From the NCBI GenBank assembly GCA_964430705.1, contig CAYSGJ010000171.1:1-59869 (forward strand): DNA of 59,869 nt. Direction: 5' to 3'. The position numbers were made by a program, and so were the translations under genes. Each line of letters starts with the position of its first letter. Position 1 is the first letter of the stretch. Under the pieces are notes generated by a model, which did no database searches, was not told the origin of the DNA, and was given only the letters and a program-made list of their open reading frames with translations. The DNA is from an uncultured Desulfobacterales bacterium. Lineage in GTDB: Bacteria; Desulfobacterota; Desulfobacteria; Desulfobacterales; C00003060. This document shows positions 57,712-59,869 of this stretch, one piece after another.

Positions 57712-59709
57712 ATGAGCAAAACGATCAAATGGATAATGATTATTGGGCTCGGGCTTGTACTATTGGTCTTTTTGGCGATTCTAATCGTGCCTCTAACCAT
57801 TGATGTGGAAAGATACAAACCCCAGATCGAGGCCCAGGTCACAAAAGCCACAGGCCGTCCGTTCAAGCTGGGTGGCGAACTAAAGCCTTCTTTGTTTCCA
57901 TGGGTCGGTGTGGCGGTGGCGGACCTCCACTTGGGAAATCCATCGGGATTTATAGAAAAAGATTTCGTCTCTGTGGAGGAATTCGAAGTTCGGGTTAGGC
58001 TGTTGCCCCTGCTGTCGCGCAACGTTGAAATCAAGCGTTTTGTGATGAAAGGACCACGCATCTTACTGGAGCGCCAAAAGGACGGTCGCGGAAACTGGGA
58101 AGGGTTGGGTGAAACGAAAACAGAAAAGACGACCAAGCCAAAACAGCCGGCAGAAGGAAAACCCGAAACCTCTGAAGGGCTACCCATCCAGACACTGGCC
58201 GTTGGAGAATTCAGCATTGTCGACGGCAACATTTTATGGGTTGATCATTCTACAAATACACGCAAAGAGATCAAAGACTTTAATGTGACCCTTGCCGATG
58301 TTTCTTTCGACAAACCGATCCGGGTGGATTTGAGGGCTATGGTAGACGAACACATTCTGGCTTTGAGGGGCTTGGTGGGACCAGTCGGGCGGGAACCGGG
58401 AAAAGGGGAATTGCCTCTGGATCTGGCGGTAACACTTGCAGAAACGGTAACCATGAAGGTGAAGGGACGTGTTGAAAACCTGGCCGGTTCAACGCAGATG
58501 AATCTGGCAATGAATATCGAATCGTTTTCTCCCAGACAATTATTGGGCAAGATCCAAAAGCCCCTTCCATTTGAGCCAAAGGATTCCAAAGTGTTTAATA
58601 CGGTTGCCTTGGCGTTAAAATTATCGGGAAGTCCTCAAAATGTTACTGTTTCGGATGGAAAATTGACCCTGGACGACAGTCAAATAGGTTTTCATGCCCG
58701 TGTGAAAGACTTTGAAAAACCTGATCTAATTTTTGATTTAAACCTGGATCGCATTGACCTGGATCGATATCTACCCGCTCCGGGGAAAGACGAAAAACTT
58801 GCTATTGAAAAAGAAAAATCCGCCGGAGAGCAACCGAAAAAAACCGACTATGAACCTTTGCGCAGCCTGGTACTCGATGCAGGCATTAAGGTTGGTGAAC
58901 TCAAAGCCAAAAACATACACATGCAAAACATCGTACTCAAAACAACTGCCGACAACGGTGTTATCCGCGTGGATCCTTTTAATTTGGATTTGTACAGGGG
59001 CCGCATGGATGTTAATGGCACGGTGGATGTCAGGCAAGATACTCCCCGGACGGCAATGAAGTTGATATTGCACGAGACCCAGGTGGGACCCTTCGTCCTG
59101 GATTTTCTGCAAAAAGAATTGATCGATGGGACGCTCAACGCCGATATCGACATGCAGCTGAAGGGGGATCAATCAGAACAGATTCTCAGGACACTAAACG
59201 GTAAAGGCAATTTACATTTCAACGATGGCGCCATTGTTGGTATTGATTTGGCCAACATAGTACGCAATGTTCAAGCAAAGCTGACTTTGGCGGATAAACC
59301 CAGTGAAAAGCCGCGAACCGATTTTTCCGAGTTGCTCGTGCCGTTTTCCATAACCGAAGGTCTTTTTAAAACCGATGGGATTGCGCTGAATTCTCCTTTA
59401 CTGCGTTTGCTGATTACAGGTACAGCAGATTTGGCCAAGGAAACCATTGACATGAAGGTTGTTCCAAAACTTGTTGCCACCCTGGTCGGACAAGGAGATA
59501 CCAAGGAGCGATCCGGTGTTATGGTGCCGGTAAACATCACAGGCTCTTTTACCGAACCCAAATTTAAACCCGACTTAAAAAGTCTGATCGGTCAAGAATT
59601 TCCCGACAAACAGGATATTGATAAGCGCATTCCACCTAAGGAAAAAATCAAGGAGGACCTTGAAAAGCAGGCCCAAGAACTGATCAAAGGGCTGCCTTTT
59701 GGGAAATAA
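57712..59709 (+). CDS. AsmA family protein
   Basis: N-terminal TM, KATGR...SLFPWVG, LLPLL, GRGNW, IDLDRYLP, GAIVGIDL, PVNITG...P. Confidence 0.9.
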   Translation: MSKTIKWIMIIGLGLVLLVFLAILIVPLTIDVERYKPQIEAQVTKATGRPFKLGGELKPSLFPWVGVAVADLHLGNPSGFIEKDFVSVEEFEVRVRLLPLLSRNVEIKRFVMKGPRILLERQKDGRGNWEGLGETKTEKTTKPKQPAEGKPETSEGLPIQTLAVGEFSIVDGNILWVDHSTNTRKEIKDFNVTLADVSFDKPIRVDLRAMVDEHILALRGLVGPVGREPGKGELPLDLAVTLAETVTMKVKGRVENLAGSTQMNLAMNIESFSPRQLLGKIQKPLPFEPKDSKVFNTVALALKLSGSPQNVTVSDGKLTLDDSQIGFHARVKDFEKPDLIFDLNLDRIDLDRYLPAPGKDEKLAIEKEKSAGEQPKKTDYEPLRSLVLDAGIKVGELKAKNIHMQNIVLKTTADNGVIRVDPFNLDLYRGRMDVNGTVDVRQDTPRTAMKLILHETQVGPFVLDFLQKELIDGTLNADIDMQLKGDQSEQILRTLNGKGNLHFNDGAIVGIDLANIVRNVQAKLTLADKPSEKPRTDFSELLVPFSITEGLFKTDGIALNSPLLRLLITGTADLAKETIDMKVVPKLVATLVGQGDTKERSGVMVPVNITGSFTEPKFKPDLKSLIGQEFPDKQDIDKRIPPKEKIKEDLEKQAQELIKGLPFGK

Positions 59710-59742
59710 ATCCTTCTTTGAAGCGGGCGCCGAAAATAGTTA

Positions 59743-59869
59743 TACAGTTCTCTATAAAGCTCAAGTAACTCCGTTTTCCGGCCTATGGGCATCGGTCCTC
59801 CAGGCGGCCAAAACTCGCCGCAAAGGCCGCGTAAGGACTGCCGTCGACGGGTAACTGCGCATCATGGGA
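59743..59869 (+). mobile_element. Third copy of foldback/MITE-like element, runs off window edge
   Basis: 55/58 identity to 38816-38873 and about 68/94 ungapped identity (hand count) to 51530-51623. Confidence 0.7.

Noticed and set aside
59797-59810. cctccaggcggcca resembling the tRNA-Arg 3' end (possible attR of an island starting at 37557)
   Set aside because: Only 10 bp exact, lies inside the foldback element whose other copy has a similar segment, no integrase present, and the interval holds housekeeping genes such as ispF

Overview
Chromosomal segment of a Desulfobacterota (deltaproteobacterial, Desulfobacterales-like) genome, judged from gene content and order. Left part: purC, a translationally coupled ParB-like / spore-photoproduct-lyase-like pair, a stand-alone EF-G paralog, a rhomboid protease, a 14-gene type II secretion cluster (gspF-G-H-I-J-K-L-M-N-C-A-B-D-E, minus strand) downstream of xseA-xseB-ispA-dxs-tlyA, and an rpoH-TPR-lipoprotein-GT2-RimK-dGTPase string ending at tRNA-Arg(UCU). 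Right part is more accessory: a sigma-54 module (two -24/-12 promoters, an orphan NtrC-type activator, a c-di-GMP-I riboswitch) controlling a Fn3/Ig-like surface protein with a Cys-containing C-terminal anchor, a frameshifted AI-2E transporter, a malQ-HIT-TrpF-like-ComB-methyltransferase string, a cluster of small nucleic-acid-binding genes, a B12 radical SAM enzyme, a Clp1 kinase/RNase Z fusion and asmA. Intergenic DNA carries several unrelated short-repeat families and three copies of a foldback MITE-like element, with no transposase, integrase or CRISPR array seen. Best candidates for something undescribed: the Clp1-RNase Z fusion near RRM genes, the sigma-54 plus c-di-GMP controlled anchored surface protein (possible rhomboid/T2SS substrate), and the ParB-SplB pair. 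All calls are from motif reading only; no searches were run.
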